Assembly (NCBI GenBank): GCA_018882935.1
Contig: VERA01000001.1
Location: 7,505 to 71,504, forward strand
Direction of reading: 5' to 3'
Origin: Burkholderiaceae bacterium
GTDB lineage: Bacteria; Pseudomonadota; Gammaproteobacteria; Burkholderiales; Burkholderiaceae_D
DNA: 64,000 nucleotides
Shown: positions 32,016-42,583 of the stretch, piece by piece
Numbering within the stretch: position 1 is the stretch's first letter
Layout of the letters: every line of letters begins with the position of its first letter
Translations under genes and position numbers: made by a program
Notes under the pieces: generated by a model
Databases searched by the model: none
What the model was told of the DNA's origin: nothing
Seen by the model: the letters and a program-made list of their open reading frames with translations, nothing else

Positions 32016-32477
32016 ATGAATCTCACCCCTGCCGAACGCAGCGCGCTGCGCTCTCAAGCGCACGGCCTTAGCCCGGTCGTCATGATCGGCGAATCCGGTC
32101 TGACACCTGCGGTCGTCAAAGAAGCCGATACCGCACTCAAAGCCCACGGGCTGATCAAGGTGCGTGTGTTCGGTGATGACCGTGAGGCACGGGTGTCCTA
32201 CTACGAAACGCTGTGCGAGCAACTCGGCGCGGCGCCGGTACAGCACATCGGCAAACTGCTCGTACTCTACCGCCCTAAAGTCGATAAACCCAAAGCCGCC
32301 AGCACAGCACGCGGCAAAGGCCTGCGCGAAGTCACCATCGTCACAACGCATGTCACCAAACGACCCACGGTCAAGAAGGTGGTGCTTAAAGGGAACGAGC
32401 GCCTGACCGCCGGTGGCAATGTTCGCAAGGCTAAAACGCGGCAGAAGAGTCTCAAGAAAAACGCGCTGGGACGGTAA
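32016..32477 (+). CDS. yhbY: YhbY/CRM-domain ribosome assembly RNA-binding protein
   Basis: LRSQAHGLSPVVMIG, HGLIKV, VQHIGKLLVLYR; basic C-terminal tail. Confidence 0.93.
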   Translation: MNLTPAERSALRSQAHGLSPVVMIGESGLTPAVVKEADTALKAHGLIKVRVFGDDREARVSYYETLCEQLGAAPVQHIGKLLVLYRPKVDKPKAASTARGKGLREVTIVTTHVTKRPTVKKVVLKGNERLTAGGNVRKAKTRQKSLKKNALGR

Positions 32478-32537
32478 ATCACAATGGCAGAACTGGATCG
32501 CTGCGTAGGCCGGGATTTAGCGATCCTGACCGAACGC

Positions 32538-32996
32538 TCAACGAATTTTCAATACCAGCGCAACCGCCATAACACTTTGCAGCAAATAAAACAGGCTGGC
32601 CACGCCGTGCAGCATGCCAAAGCGTGAGCGGCCGGCATCATCCATCACCCCACCGTTCAATGCTGCAGCCTCCCGCAGCTCTGCCATGAAGGGTTGCAAA
32701 CCAAAATAGCCCAGCAACACGCACGCGAGCATTAGTAGTACGGCAATTAAGCAAAAGCGGCGGTGCTCAAAGTGGCGATCCCAAACGAGTAAGCCCAGCA
32801 GTAACAATCCAGATACGATCGAGACCCACGCCTCGATACGAAAAAGATTTGCCGCAATACTGCCCGCCAGCGCCCGCTCCGGCAGCGTCGCAAACAAGGT
32901 GGGCGCAACCAGATAACCAACGGTCCACATACTGCCGACCCAGAAGGTCACGATAAGCGCGCGCAGCTGGGTATTGATCGAGGCGGATACTTGCAT
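32538..32996 (-). CDS. DUF4149-like membrane protein
   Basis: TFWVGSMWTVGYLVAPTLF, AGSIAANLF, FGMLHGVAS; typical position after greA. Confidence 0.8.
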   Translation of the reverse strand: MQVSASINTQLRALIVTFWVGSMWTVGYLVAPTLFATLPERALAGSIAANLFRIEAWVSIVSGLLLLGLLVWDRHFEHRRFCLIAVLLMLACVLLGYFGLQPFMAELREAAALNGGVMDDAGRSRFGMLHGVASLFYLLQSVMAVALVLKIR

Positions 32997-33472
32997 CAGA
33001 TGTACTGTACCTCGAGAATTTCATATTCGCGTGTGCCGCCGGGTGTCTGCACCTCAACAGTGTCGCCTGCATATTTGCCGATCAAGGCACGCGCAATCGG
33101 TGAGCTGATCGATACTTTTTTGAATTTGATATCCGCCTCGTCATCACCCACAATTTTATAGGTCACCTTATCGCTGGATTCCAAATCCTCCAGCGTTACT
33201 GTCGCCGCAAATACGACGCGACCATCACCATCAATCAAGGTGGGATCGATGATTTGAGCCGCTGAAAGCTTGCCTTCTAATTCAGCGATACGGCCCTCAA
33301 TGAAGCTCTGCCTTTCTTTGGCGGCGTCATACTCGGCGTTTTCAGATAAGTCGCCCTGCGCACGCGCTTCGGAAATTGCGCTGATGACTGCGGGCCGCTC
33401 TTTGGTTTTAAGACGATGTAGCTCGTCTCTCAACATTTCTGCGCCTTCCTTGGTGAGGGGAATGGTATTCAT
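32996..33472 (-). CDS. greA: Transcription elongation factor GreA
   Basis: [32 protein letters not shown]. Confidence 0.98.
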   Translation of the reverse strand: MNTIPLTKEGAEMLRDELHRLKTKERPAVISAISEARAQGDLSENAEYDAAKERQSFIEGRIAELEGKLSAAQIIDPTLIDGDGRVVFAATVTLEDLESSDKVTYKIVGDDEADIKFKKVSISSPIARALIGKYAGDTVEVQTPGGTREYEILEVQYI

Positions 33473-33508
33473 GGTGATTTATCGAAGATTAAAAATTTTC
33501 TCGCTAAC

Positions 33509-33544
33509 AAAAAAGAACAGAGGCTGCGGGTGGCGCAGCCTCTG
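33509..33544 (-). terminator. Intrinsic terminator in the greA leader
   Basis: CAGAGGCTGCG-CCACC-CGCAGCCTCTG-TTCTTTTTT (11-bp stem). Confidence 0.8.
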
Positions 33545-33558
33545 AACGGATTTCGGCA

Positions 33559-33587
33559 ATTATATGACGTGTTTGCGCCGCATGTAA
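33559..33587 (-). promoter_or_regulatory. Sigma70 promoter upstream of the greA leader terminator
   Basis: TTACAT (33587-33582), 17 nt, TATAAT (33564-33559). Confidence 0.7.
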
Positions 33588-33696
33588 CGCGCTTGTTAAC
33601 TAGCTGGCCGGAGCACGCCTTGCGATGTCATCTCTGACCAGCCTATAGTCCAAACTGAAACAGCGGTTTGGCAACCACGCAAACATCCCCGGGGTG

Positions 33697-36600
33697 TCAG
33701 CCGGCCAGCGATGCATGCATCCCCTGTAGATCGTACACATGTAGCTCATTGAGGTGTGCCATCCCGGCCACAGCGGCTTCCGCGCCGGCAATCGTGGTGT
33801 AAGTGGTGACCCTCGCGCCTAACGCCGATGTACGGATGGTGCGCGAGTCGTTGATCGCATTACGCTTTTCCTCGACCGTATTAATCACCAACGCGATCTC
33901 GTTGTTCTTGATCATGTCGACAATATGCGGCCGACCCTCAGCCACCTTATTGACGGTCTGCACCGCAATACCTGCTGCGGCAATAGCGGCGGCAGTGCCC
34001 TTGGTCGCAACGATCGTGAAGCCGATCTCCACCAGCGAACGTGCGATGTGTACCGCGCGCGGCTTATCGCTGTTCTTTACAGACAGGAATACCTTGCCGG
34101 CGGTAGGCAAGCGAACACCAGCACCCAGCTGCGACTTGACGAAAGCCTCGCCGAAGGTTTTACCGACACCCATCACTTCACCGGTCGATTTCATCTCGGG
34201 ACCAAGAATCGTATCGACACCCGGGAATTTGACGAAGGGGAAGACGGCTTCTTTCACACTGAAGTAATCTGGCGTAACTTCATCGGTGATACCCTGCGCA
34301 GCAAGTGATTTACCGACCATGCAGCGCGCTGCAATCTTTGCCAATTGCAAACCAGTTGCTTTCGATACGTAGGGTACGGTGCGTGATGCACGCGGATTCA
34401 CCTCCAGTACGTACACGATATCTTGCAACTTACCGTCGATCTCTTGCTGCTGAATCGCGAACTGCACATTCATGAGACCCACCACGCCAAGGCCGCGGGC
34501 CATCAGCGCGGTCTGGCGCTTGAGCTCATCAATCGTCTCGGACGATAACGAATAGGGAGGCAAGGAGCATGCCGAATCACCCGAATGCACACCGGCTTGT
34601 TCAATATGCTCCATCACACCGCCGATGAAGGTGCGCTCACCATCCGACAAACAATCCACGTCGACTTCAATCGCATCGTTCAAGAAACGATCCAGGAGTA
34701 CCGGTGAATCATTAGAAACTTTGACCGCTTCGCGCATGTAGCGCTCAAGATCACGCTTCTCATGCACGATCTCCATGGCACGGCCACCCAACACATAGGA
34801 AGGTCGGACAACTAACGGGTAGCCGATCTCCTGTGCCAATGCCAGCGCTTCATCCTCATTGCGCGCAGTGCGGTTCGGCGGCTGCCTCAGCCCCAGCTCA
34901 TGCAGTAATTTCTGGAAGCGCTCGCGGTCTTCAGCAGCGTCAATCATATCGGGCGAGGTACCTATGATGGGCACGCCGTTCGCTTCGAGATCCAGCGCAA
35001 GCTTGAGTGGCGTCTGACCACCGTACTGCACGATCACACCCACGGGCCGCTCTTTGTCGACGATTTCGAGCACATCTTCCAGCGTCAGCGGCTCGAAGTA
35101 CAAACGGTCGGAAGTATCGTAATCGGTTGATACGGTCTCTGGATTGCAGTTGACCATGATGGTTTCATAACCATCTTCGCGCATCGCGAACGCTGCATGC
35201 ACGCAGCAGTAATCAAACTCGATACCCTGACCGATGCGGTTCGGACCACCGCCGAGCACCATGATTTTCTGACGGTTGGTTGGGTTGGATTCACACTCTT
35301 CTTCATACGTCGAGTACATGTACGCGGTGCCGGTGGCAAACTCGCCCGCACACGTATCCACACGCTTGTAGACCGGGCGCACGCCGTTCATGCGACGCAG
35401 CTTACGCACGTCGCGGTCTTCGATTTTCAGCAGCTTGGCGATACGGCGATCCGAGAAACCTTTACGCTTCAACGCCAGCAAGGTGTCTTTATCGAGCACT
35501 TTGACGGTTTGCGTCTCAAGCCACAGTTCGATATCAACAATCTCTTTAATCTGCGCGAGAAACCACGGATCGATCCTGGTGAGTTGCTGCACTTCTTCCA
35601 AGCTAAAACCCTGCGCAAACGCATCGCCCACGTACCAGATCCGCTCCGGCCCTGGCTCGCCGAGTTCTTCTTCGAGTACCTCGCGGTCTTTGGTTTTTTC
35701 ATTCATGCCGTCGACGCCGACTTCCAGTCCGCGCAAGGCTTTTTGAAACGACTCTTGGAAGGTACGACCAATCGCCATCACCTCACCCACCGATTTCATC
35801 TGCGTGGTGAGGTGGCTATCCGCCTGCGGAAACTTCTCGAAGGCGAAGCGCGGCACTTTGGTGACGACATAATCAATCGATGGCTCGAATGAGGCTGGCG
35901 TAACGCCACCGGTAATCTCGTTACGTAACTCGTCCAGCGTAAAGCCTACCGCCAGCTTGGCAGCAACCTTCGCAATCGGGAAACCTGTTGCCTTGGATGC
36001 GAGTGCCGAGGAGCGCGAGACACGCGGGTTCATCTCAATGACGATCATGCGACCGTCTTGCGGGTTGACGGCGAACTGCACGTTCGAGCCCCCGGTATCC
36101 ACACCAATCTCACGCAGTACCGCCAAAGAGGCGTTACGCATGATCTGGTATTCCTTGTCGGTCAGGGTCTGCGCTGGTGCCACGGTAATCGAGTCGCCGG
36201 TATGCACACCCATCGGGTCGAGGTTTTCAATCGAGCAGACGATGATGCAGTTGTCGTTCTTGTCGCGCACAACCTCCATCTCGAATTCTTTCCAACCGAG
36301 CAGTGACTCTTCAATCAGCAACTCATTCGTCGGCGATGCTTCCAGACCGCGCTTGCAGATGGTTTCAAATTCTTCGGCGTTATAAGCAATACCACCACCG
36401 GTGCCGCCCATGGTGAATGAGGGGCGAATAATTGTCGGGAAGCCGACTTCTTTCTGTACTGCCCACGCCGCGTCCATCGAGTGCGCAATGCCAGAGCGTG
36501 CTGAGCCCAGACCGATCTTCGTCATCGCCTCTTTGAATTTCTGACGGTCTTCTGCTTTATCGATGGCCTCTGGCGTCGCACCAATCAGCTCAACGTTGTA

Positions 36601-36930
36601 TTTGTCGAGCACGCCATGACGCCACAGATCAAGTGCGCAATTGAGAGCGGTTTGGCCACCCATGGTCGGCAAGATCGCGTCGGGCTTTTCTTTATCGATG
36701 ATCCGCTCGACGACCTGCCAGGTAATCGGCTCGATGTAGGTGACGTCGGCCATCTCAGGATCGGTCATGATGGTCGCAGGATTGCTATTGACCAGAATGA
36801 CTCGGTACCCTTCTTCACGCAGTGCCTTGCAGGCCTGTGCGCCGGAATAATCGAACTCGCAGGCCTGACCAATGATGATAGGACCAGCACCGATAATCAA
36901 AATGCTCTGGATATCGCTACGCTTAGGCAT
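33697..36930 (-). CDS. carB: Carbamoyl-phosphate synthase large subunit
   Basis: [30 protein letters not shown]; two ATP-grasp halves and an MGS domain. Confidence 0.99.
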   Translation of the reverse strand: MPKRSDIQSILIIGAGPIIIGQACEFDYSGAQACKALREEGYRVILVNSNPATIMTDPEMADVTYIEPITWQVVERIIDKEKPDAILPTMGGQTALNCALDLWRHGVLDKYNVELIGATPEAIDKAEDRQKFKEAMTKIGLGSARSGIAHSMDAAWAVQKEVGFPTIIRPSFTMGGTGGGIAYNAEEFETICKRGLEASPTNELLIEESLLGWKEFEMEVVRDKNDNCIIVCSIENLDPMGVHTGDSITVAPAQTLTDKEYQIMRNASLAVLREIGVDTGGSNVQFAVNPQDGRMIVIEMNPRVSRSSALASKATGFPIAKVAAKLAVGFTLDELRNEITGGVTPASFEPSIDYVVTKVPRFAFEKFPQADSHLTTQMKSVGEVMAIGRTFQESFQKALRGLEVGVDGMNEKTKDREVLEEELGEPGPERIWYVGDAFAQGFSLEEVQQLTRIDPWFLAQIKEIVDIELWLETQTVKVLDKDTLLALKRKGFSDRRIAKLLKIEDRDVRKLRRMNGVRPVYKRVDTCAGEFATGTAYMYSTYEEECESNPTNRQKIMVLGGGPNRIGQGIEFDYCCVHAAFAMREDGYETIMVNCNPETVSTDYDTSDRLYFEPLTLEDVLEIVDKERPVGVIVQYGGQTPLKLALDLEANGVPIIGTSPDMIDAAEDRERFQKLLHELGLRQPPNRTARNEDEALALAQEIGYPLVVRPSYVLGGRAMEIVHEKRDLERYMREAVKVSNDSPVLLDRFLNDAIEVDVDCLSDGERTFIGGVMEHIEQAGVHSGDSACSLPPYSLSSETIDELKRQTALMARGLGVVGLMNVQFAIQQQEIDGKLQDIVYVLEVNPRASRTVPYVSKATGLQLAKIAARCMVGKSLAAQGITDEVTPDYFSVKEAVFPFVKFPGVDTILGPEMKSTGEVMGVGKTFGEAFVKSQLGAGVRLPTAGKVFLSVKNSDKPRAVHIARSLVEIGFTIVATKGTAAAIAAAGIAVQTVNKVAEGRPHIVDMIKNNEIALVINTVEEKRNAINDSRTIRTSALGARVTTYTTIAGAEAAVAGMAHLNELHVYDLQGMHASLAG

Positions 36931-38077
36931 GCTGATGTTTCTCCATCATGGCGACAAAGCGATCGAATAGCGGAGCAATGTCATGCGGCCCAGGCGAAGC
37001 CTCTGGGTGTCCCTGAAAACAGAATGCGGGTTGATCGGTACGCTCGAAACCCTGTAGAGAACCATCGAACAAGGAAACATGCGTCACCCGACAGTGATCG
37101 GGCAGCGTTGTCGCATCGACCGCAAAGCCATGGTTCTGCGATGTGATCATCACCTGCTTGGTGTCCAGATCTTGTACCGGATGATTCGCACCATGGTGAC
37201 CAAACTTCATTTTCACGGTTTTCGCACCCGAGGCTAGCGCCATGATCTGATGACCGAGGCAAATACCGAAGGTCGGAATGCCCCGCTCGATGATTTCACG
37301 CGCTGCGTTAATCGCGTAGTCGCAAGGCTGCGGATCGCCGGGGCCATTCGATAGAAAAACACCGTCAGGTGCGAGTGCGATCGCTTCTGCCGCGCTCGAT
37401 TGCGCCGGAAGCACAGTCACTCGGCAGCCACGCGCAGCGAGCATGCGCAGAATGTTGTACTTCACTCCATAGTCGAATGCGACTACATGAAACCTCGGAT
37501 TAGTCAGCGCGCCGTAGCCATGACCAAGCGACCATTCAGTACGGGTCCATTCGTAACGCGTCTTGGTCGACACCACTTTTGCCAAGTCCATACCCGTGAG
37601 GCCGGGGAATGCGCGCGCATGCTCGAGTGCATGAGATTCTTTGAGGCTTGCACCCGCGATAATCGCGCCGTTTTGCGCACCTTTCTCACGCAGGATCCGC
37701 GTCAGCTGGCGCGTATCAATGCCCGCTATGGCAACGATGCCTTCTGCCTTCAGATAATCCGGCAGCGATTGCGTGGCACGAAAACTAGATACTTGCAGCG
37801 GTAAGTCGCGAATTATCAGACCCGCTGCCTGGACTTTGTCTGATTCGACATCTTCAGGGTTGACGCCGGTATTGCCGATGTGGGGATAGGTCAGCGTAAC
37901 AATCTGGCGGGAGTAGCTCGGATCAGTCAGGATTTCCTGATAACCGGTCATTGCCGTATTGAATACAACCTCGCCACTGGTATGGCCATCAGCGCCAATG
38001 GAAAAACCCTTGAAAATTGTGCCATCCGCGAGCGCGAGAATGGCCGGCGTGCGGTTGGCCGTAAAGAATGGCGGCAA
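36923..38077 (-). CDS. carA: Carbamoyl-phosphate synthase small subunit
   Basis: [32 protein letters not shown]. Confidence 0.99.
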   Translation of the reverse strand: MPPFFTANRTPAILALADGTIFKGFSIGADGHTSGEVVFNTAMTGYQEILTDPSYSRQIVTLTYPHIGNTGVNPEDVESDKVQAAGLIIRDLPLQVSSFRATQSLPDYLKAEGIVAIAGIDTRQLTRILREKGAQNGAIIAGASLKESHALEHARAFPGLTGMDLAKVVSTKTRYEWTRTEWSLGHGYGALTNPRFHVVAFDYGVKYNILRMLAARGCRVTVLPAQSSAAEAIALAPDGVFLSNGPGDPQPCDYAINAAREIIERGIPTFGICLGHQIMALASGAKTVKMKFGHHGANHPVQDLDTKQVMITSQNHGFAVDATTLPDHCRVTHVSLFDGSLQGFERTDQPAFCFQGHPEASPGPHDIAPLFDRFVAMMEKHQHA

Positions 38078-38216
38078 AGATAACTCCTATGGTTACCGCC
38101 GCACGGGCTGCCTGCATTTACGCTACGCGCCTGATTCAGGCATGACGAATCCGCAAAATGCGCGACAAAAGAGGGTGAATGTGTGCCGTAGGCGGGGTCT
38201 GCGGTTAAACCCTCGA

Positions 38217-38245
38217 ATTATAGCGTGACGGCAACCCGCTGCCAA
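38217..38245 (-). promoter_or_regulatory. Sigma70 promoter of carAB
   Basis: TTGGCA (38245-38240), 17 nt, TATAAT (38222-38217). Confidence 0.7.
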
Positions 38246-38262
38246 CTGCGCGCCCCGGCAAC

Positions 38263-38670
38263 TCAAATACCCAGCGCGGCGATGCCCGCCTTGGCGATTT
38301 GCGCATCCTCATTGGACTTAACGCCCGACACGCCTACCGCGCCGACGCACTCACCGCCAACGATAATTGGCACGCCACCCTCGAGCAAGCCATGGATTCC
38401 CGGAGCAGAAAGAAAAGAGTAACGACCATTATTGATAACGTCCTCATACACCTTGGTCTCGCGCTGACCCAGCGCAGCTGTATGCGCCTTGGCCGGACCT
38501 ATCATGGCTGACGTTGCTGGGGCACCATCAAGCCGCTGCAGCCACAGCAAATGGCCGCCGTCATCGACGATTGCAATCGACACCGCCCACTTATGCGCCA
38601 TAGCCTCGGCCTCTGCCGCCGCCGCAATTTTTTTGACGTCGTCGAGTGTTAGCGCTGGTTTGGTTCGCAT
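38263..38670 (-). CDS. GlcG/HbpS heme-binding family protein
   Basis: VSIAIVDDGGHL, AKAHTA, GGVPII...GAVGVSG. Confidence 0.88.
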   Translation of the reverse strand: MRTKPALTLDDVKKIAAAAEAEAMAHKWAVSIAIVDDGGHLLWLQRLDGAPATSAMIGPAKAHTAALGQRETKVYEDVINNGRYSFLSAPGIHGLLEGGVPIIVGGECVGAVGVSGVKSNEDAQIAKAGIAALGI

Positions 38671-38910
38671 GCTGCACTTCCTTTCCTTCGTAAAAAGTGG
38701 TGGATTGTACGATAAGACTTACCTGCAAAATGTAAGCAGCGCGTTAGCACATTTTCATGCAGAGCCATTAACCGATTGGGTCGTTTTTTATTCGACAATG
38801 CACTAAGCGCGCGTGAAACTTTGACAAGTTGGGGGTGAATCGCGTAAATTTGTGCAGGTTTTGAAAAAGCTTGGCGCATTTTTTTGCAACTTGCGACTAT
38901 CGCTAACTGA

Positions 38911-39444
38911 ATGAGCTCACTCAGAACAATCACACTGTCCGCATTCCTTTCACTGGCACTCGCTGCACCCAGCGCACCAGCCGCTGAGCAGGATGCCACT
39001 GATTCCACCGGCGTTTTACAGCGTATCAGCAGCTTCACCGACCGCGCGGCCAGCCTCGCGATCGAAGCCATGTCGCTGGTCGGTATTCACTACCGCCGTG
39101 GTGGTAATTCGCCCGAGCATGGTTTGGATTGCAGCGGCTTGGTACGCTACGTTTTCAAGCAAACCAATAATATTGATCTGCCGCGCACATCGGTTGAGAT
39201 GAGTCGCGTCGGCGAACAAATCGACAAAAAAGACTTACAGCCCGGCGATCTGGTGTTTTTCAATACGCTGCGCCGTACGTTTTCTCATGTCGGCATCTAC
39301 CTCGGCGACAATAAATTTATTCACGCACCAACGCCGGGTAGCGCGGTGCGGGTCGAGAGCATGGATTTAAGCTATTGGAAAGCACGTTTCAATGGCGCCC
39401 GCCGTGTGCTCGATACTGAAAACAACGAACCTGGCCGTCGCTAG
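38911..39444 (+). CDS. NlpC/P60 (C40) peptidoglycan endopeptidase
   Basis: Signal peptide, GLDCSG, PGDLVFF, SHVGIYLG, FIHAP. Confidence 0.93.
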   Translation: MSSLRTITLSAFLSLALAAPSAPAAEQDATDSTGVLQRISSFTDRAASLAIEAMSLVGIHYRRGGNSPEHGLDCSGLVRYVFKQTNNIDLPRTSVEMSRVGEQIDKKDLQPGDLVFFNTLRRTFSHVGIYLGDNKFIHAPTPGSAVRVESMDLSYWKARFNGARRVLDTENNEPGRR

Positions 39445-39449
39445 CCTTT

Positions 39450-40499
39450 TTACTGCGCTTGCTGCTTGAGCTGAAGTCGTTTGCGCAACTCCGGTATGGC
39501 TGCAATTGCTGCGCGCTCTCCGGCCGTAATCGCCTTACCCCGGCTCTGAAAATCACTCCCCTTCATGCTCGCAAGCTCGGGGCGAATCACGATATCCGCT
39601 TGCTGTAATTCGTACTGATTCAAGCTCTGCCCCATGATGGCGAAAGTTTGTAGCAGTATTTCAAATGCACCCGAGGCCGGCTGTACCTCGGGTTGCGCAG
39701 AGATATTCACCGCAATCACAAAATCCGCGCCCATCTTTCTGGCAAAACTCGCCGGCACTGGCGATACCAACCCGCCATCAACATAATCAATCGTGCCGAT
39801 GCGCACCGGCTTGAACACGCCGGGTACTGATGATGATGCGCGCACCGCAGCGCCGGTATTACCGCGCCTGAATAAAATTGGTCGGCCACTCCTCAAATCG
39901 GTCGCAACTGCGCCAAACGGCATTTTAAGTTTTTCTATGGGTTGTCCTTGAACAGCACGGTTAACATAGTTTTGCAAACCTTCACCCTTGAGCACTCCGG
40001 TCGGGCCCGAAAAGAAAGGCACAGACCAATCAGAAATCGCGCCCTCGTCCATATCAATTGCCATTTTTTGCAAGGCATATCCGTTATTGCCGGCTGCGTA
40101 CAAAGCACCCACCAAGCTGCCCGCGCTGGTACCCACCACCAGATCAGGCGTTATGCCGTTCGCTTCGAGCGCCTTGATCACGCCGATATGAGCAAAGCCT
40201 CGGGCCGCCCCGCCGCCTAACGCCAACCCGACTTTGATTTTGCGCGGCATGGGTAATGGCGCCGCGGGCGCCGGGGCAGGCGTAACGGCTACGGGTGGTA
40301 CTGCGGAAGTGGTTGGCTCCTCTGCCGTTGGCGGCGTGGCAGGATCATCTTGGCCGCTAGCGTCAACCGTGGGTGAAGCTTGCGACGCCGGAGCGCTCTG
40401 GCTAACTGTCGATGACTGCCTTGCCGGACTCGATGTTGGCACCGATTGGCAAGCCGCAAGAATGAGCACCAACAGTGGCAGGGTAAAAAACACGCGCAT
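39450..40499 (-). CDS. Patatin-like phospholipase, probable lipoprotein
   Basis: LGGGAARG, GTSAG, DGG catalytic motifs; LAAC lipobox after the ATG at 40499. Confidence 0.9.
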   Translation of the reverse strand: MRVFFTLPLLVLILAACQSVPTSSPARQSSTVSQSAPASQASPTVDASGQDDPATPPTAEEPTTSAVPPVAVTPAPAPAAPLPMPRKIKVGLALGGGAARGFAHIGVIKALEANGITPDLVVGTSAGSLVGALYAAGNNGYALQKMAIDMDEGAISDWSVPFFSGPTGVLKGEGLQNYVNRAVQGQPIEKLKMPFGAVATDLRSGRPILFRRGNTGAAVRASSSVPGVFKPVRIGTIDYVDGGLVSPVPASFARKMGADFVIAVNISAQPEVQPASGAFEILLQTFAIMGQSLNQYELQQADIVIRPELASMKGSDFQSRGKAITAGERAAIAAIPELRKRLQLKQQAQ

Positions 40500-40580
40500 A
40501 GATAACCTCTCGGATTGACCCGACATTCTATCGAATCGACTATGCCGTTTGGTGCTTGACTTGTTTTTCACCTCGCTTCC

Positions 40581-40608
40581 AAAAGAAAACGCCCCCGCAG
40601 GGGCGTTT
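40581..40608 (-). terminator. Intrinsic terminator after the porin gene
   Basis: GAAACGCCCC-TGCG-GGGGCGTTTTCTTTT on the minus strand. Confidence 0.75.
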
Positions 40609-40632
40609 CGCAAAACAAACTGAAGTACCAGA

Positions 40633-42342
40633 TTAGAAATTGAACTGAGAGCGGATCATGAACGCATGTGACTCGTCAGCGCGCTTGGCAGGTCCCGCGG
40701 GTGTGCCAATATCAACCGGCAAAAATGAATAACCAAACTTAGTTTGTGCGTAGTTAAACATGATACGAGCGTTAGGATTCAAAATCCAATTCAGACCAAG
40801 CGTTATGGTATTGCCCTTCGGACTACCTTCAATTTGGTACTCTGCATTTCCAGTACGCGGATAGTTTGTCGAACCACCACTGCTACTCAAGTTATCACCA
40901 AAGCTGGAGGCATCATACTGAGAGTAGCGAAGGCCTAACTGCCATGCACCAGTGCCGCTTCTGTCAGCAAAATTGAAATTCGAATTGGGACGGATACCGC
41001 CGACAACACCCGAGCGATATGTTGGCGCCCACGCCTCACCTGTGAGGTTATACAAAAACTCGACGTAATATACCTTGGTGTCGCCTTTACTCCGCGTCGA
41101 GTAGCGCGCACCACTGCTCGTGACGGCCTGGCTGGTTGCTGTGTAGTCAGCAACTGTGTATTCCCCTTGGAGTTTAGCAGCACCTTTGGCAAACGCAAAC
41201 TCCAAGCCAGTCAATTGACGACTCACGGTGGCCGCATCAGCAGCACCAAGACTGTAGCCGCCGTATGCGCACTGCACGGTGGCAGCGCTGCCTGCTGCTG
41301 CCGTTGGGCTGACAAACGAGCTGGTGTTAGTGCAAGGTGGGGTACCAAGTATCCGGTTACGATATACATTACGGAGGCCACCAAACTCGTCGTTGAACGC
41401 GACGAAAGCGCCGCGGGTTGTACGGTCACTACCATCTTGGCTAGAGGTCGCCGGTACGACATCAAAGCGACCGGTAGTACCTGCCACGCCGACATGTAGA
41501 AGAACGTCATCACCAGCGCCCTGAATCATCTTGGCTAGGTTATAGGTCAACCGTAGTGCACCCTCGCGGCCCAAACTACCATCGCTCTGCAATGGATCAA
41601 AGCCAGCTTGGTACGCTGAGAGCGAGTAAGTGAAGCTTGACGGCTGTTCACCATGGAACATAACACCTGCTTGCTTACCGGGTGCGATCTGATCTTGGTA
41701 CGAGCGCTCCATGAAGCCTATATTGTTAGAGCTCATCAATGTCTCTTGACCAAACGGCTGCTTGAAGCGGCCGACACGTACCTGCGCCTCTGGGCTAAAA
41801 CGGTAGTTGGCCCATGCAGTGTCCAGCAAGTTTGCGCTGGAACCGACTAAATTCGTAACAACCTCATAGTTGATATCTTTGTTGAACACGCCAGATGCGC
41901 CAATACGAGCACGGCGAACAGTGAACCTGTCGGACATCGAGCCAGAATCACGATCCGAGTACTGCCCGTGGTCATCGTTGATCATGCGCGCATCAAAATG
42001 CAAGCGTCCCGTGATATTCAACTCGCTATTGCCGTCCTTGGACTTGAAACCGAAACCATTTTCTTTGACAGCACCATCATTCTGGCGCTTTTGAATATCC
42101 TTTATCGCCTTCGAAACATCCTGGTCGATTCGGCTGTCTTTGAACGCCTTGTTCTCATCCGCCTCTTTATTCGCCTCCATGAACTCATCATAGTCTTTTT
42201 GCGAGATAACGCCTTTCTTGAGCATCAGGTCAAGCATGGCTTTGTTATCGTTGGCCGAAGCCGGTAGCGCTAGCGAGGCACAAACTGCAGCCACTGCGAT
42301 AGCAATTCGCTTGGCTGTGAGCGGGGTGGTAGTCTTCTTCAT
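40633..42342 (-). CDS. OprO/OprP-family phosphate-selective porin
   Basis: GRLHFDAR, VRRARIG, LLDTAW, VGRFKQPFGQE, SSNNIGFMERS, GLNWILN...FNY, C-terminal QFNF. Confidence 0.88.
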   Translation of the reverse strand: MKKTTTPLTAKRIAIAVAAVCASLALPASANDNKAMLDLMLKKGVISQKDYDEFMEANKEADENKAFKDSRIDQDVSKAIKDIQKRQNDGAVKENGFGFKSKDGNSELNITGRLHFDARMINDDHGQYSDRDSGSMSDRFTVRRARIGASGVFNKDINYEVVTNLVGSSANLLDTAWANYRFSPEAQVRVGRFKQPFGQETLMSSNNIGFMERSYQDQIAPGKQAGVMFHGEQPSSFTYSLSAYQAGFDPLQSDGSLGREGALRLTYNLAKMIQGAGDDVLLHVGVAGTTGRFDVVPATSSQDGSDRTTRGAFVAFNDEFGGLRNVYRNRILGTPPCTNTSSFVSPTAAAGSAATVQCAYGGYSLGAADAATVSRQLTGLEFAFAKGAAKLQGEYTVADYTATSQAVTSSGARYSTRSKGDTKVYYVEFLYNLTGEAWAPTYRSGVVGGIRPNSNFNFADRSGTGAWQLGLRYSQYDASSFGDNLSSSGGSTNYPRTGNAEYQIEGSPKGNTITLGLNWILNPNARIMFNYAQTKFGYSFLPVDIGTPAGPAKRADESHAFMIRSQFNF

Positions 42343-42513
42343 GTAAATCTCCGGTTGATAATCCAGCGCATGTCGGGCACGCGAATACGCACCAGGCCTG
42401 CATTTCTTGAATTCCAGCCGCGATTGTGTGAAGGTTTTTTTTCAAGTTGATGACATTGGTAGAACTCTTGCCTGATAATTCTGATCGTAGCAATTAAGTG
42501 ACGTCGCCTGATT

Positions 42514-42542
42514 TTGTCATTGAGGTGTCATATCGGGCTCAC
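42514..42542 (+). promoter_or_regulatory. Pho box (PhoB site) upstream of ppx, in the region shared with the divergent porin
   Basis: TTGTCAT-TGAG-GTGTCAT-ATCG-GGCTCAC, 11-bp periodic match to CTGTCAT-N4 repeats. Confidence 0.75.
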
Positions 42543-42583
42543 ATTATTAGAAGTTTTTATCCCGCAGACGGAGACACCCACGA

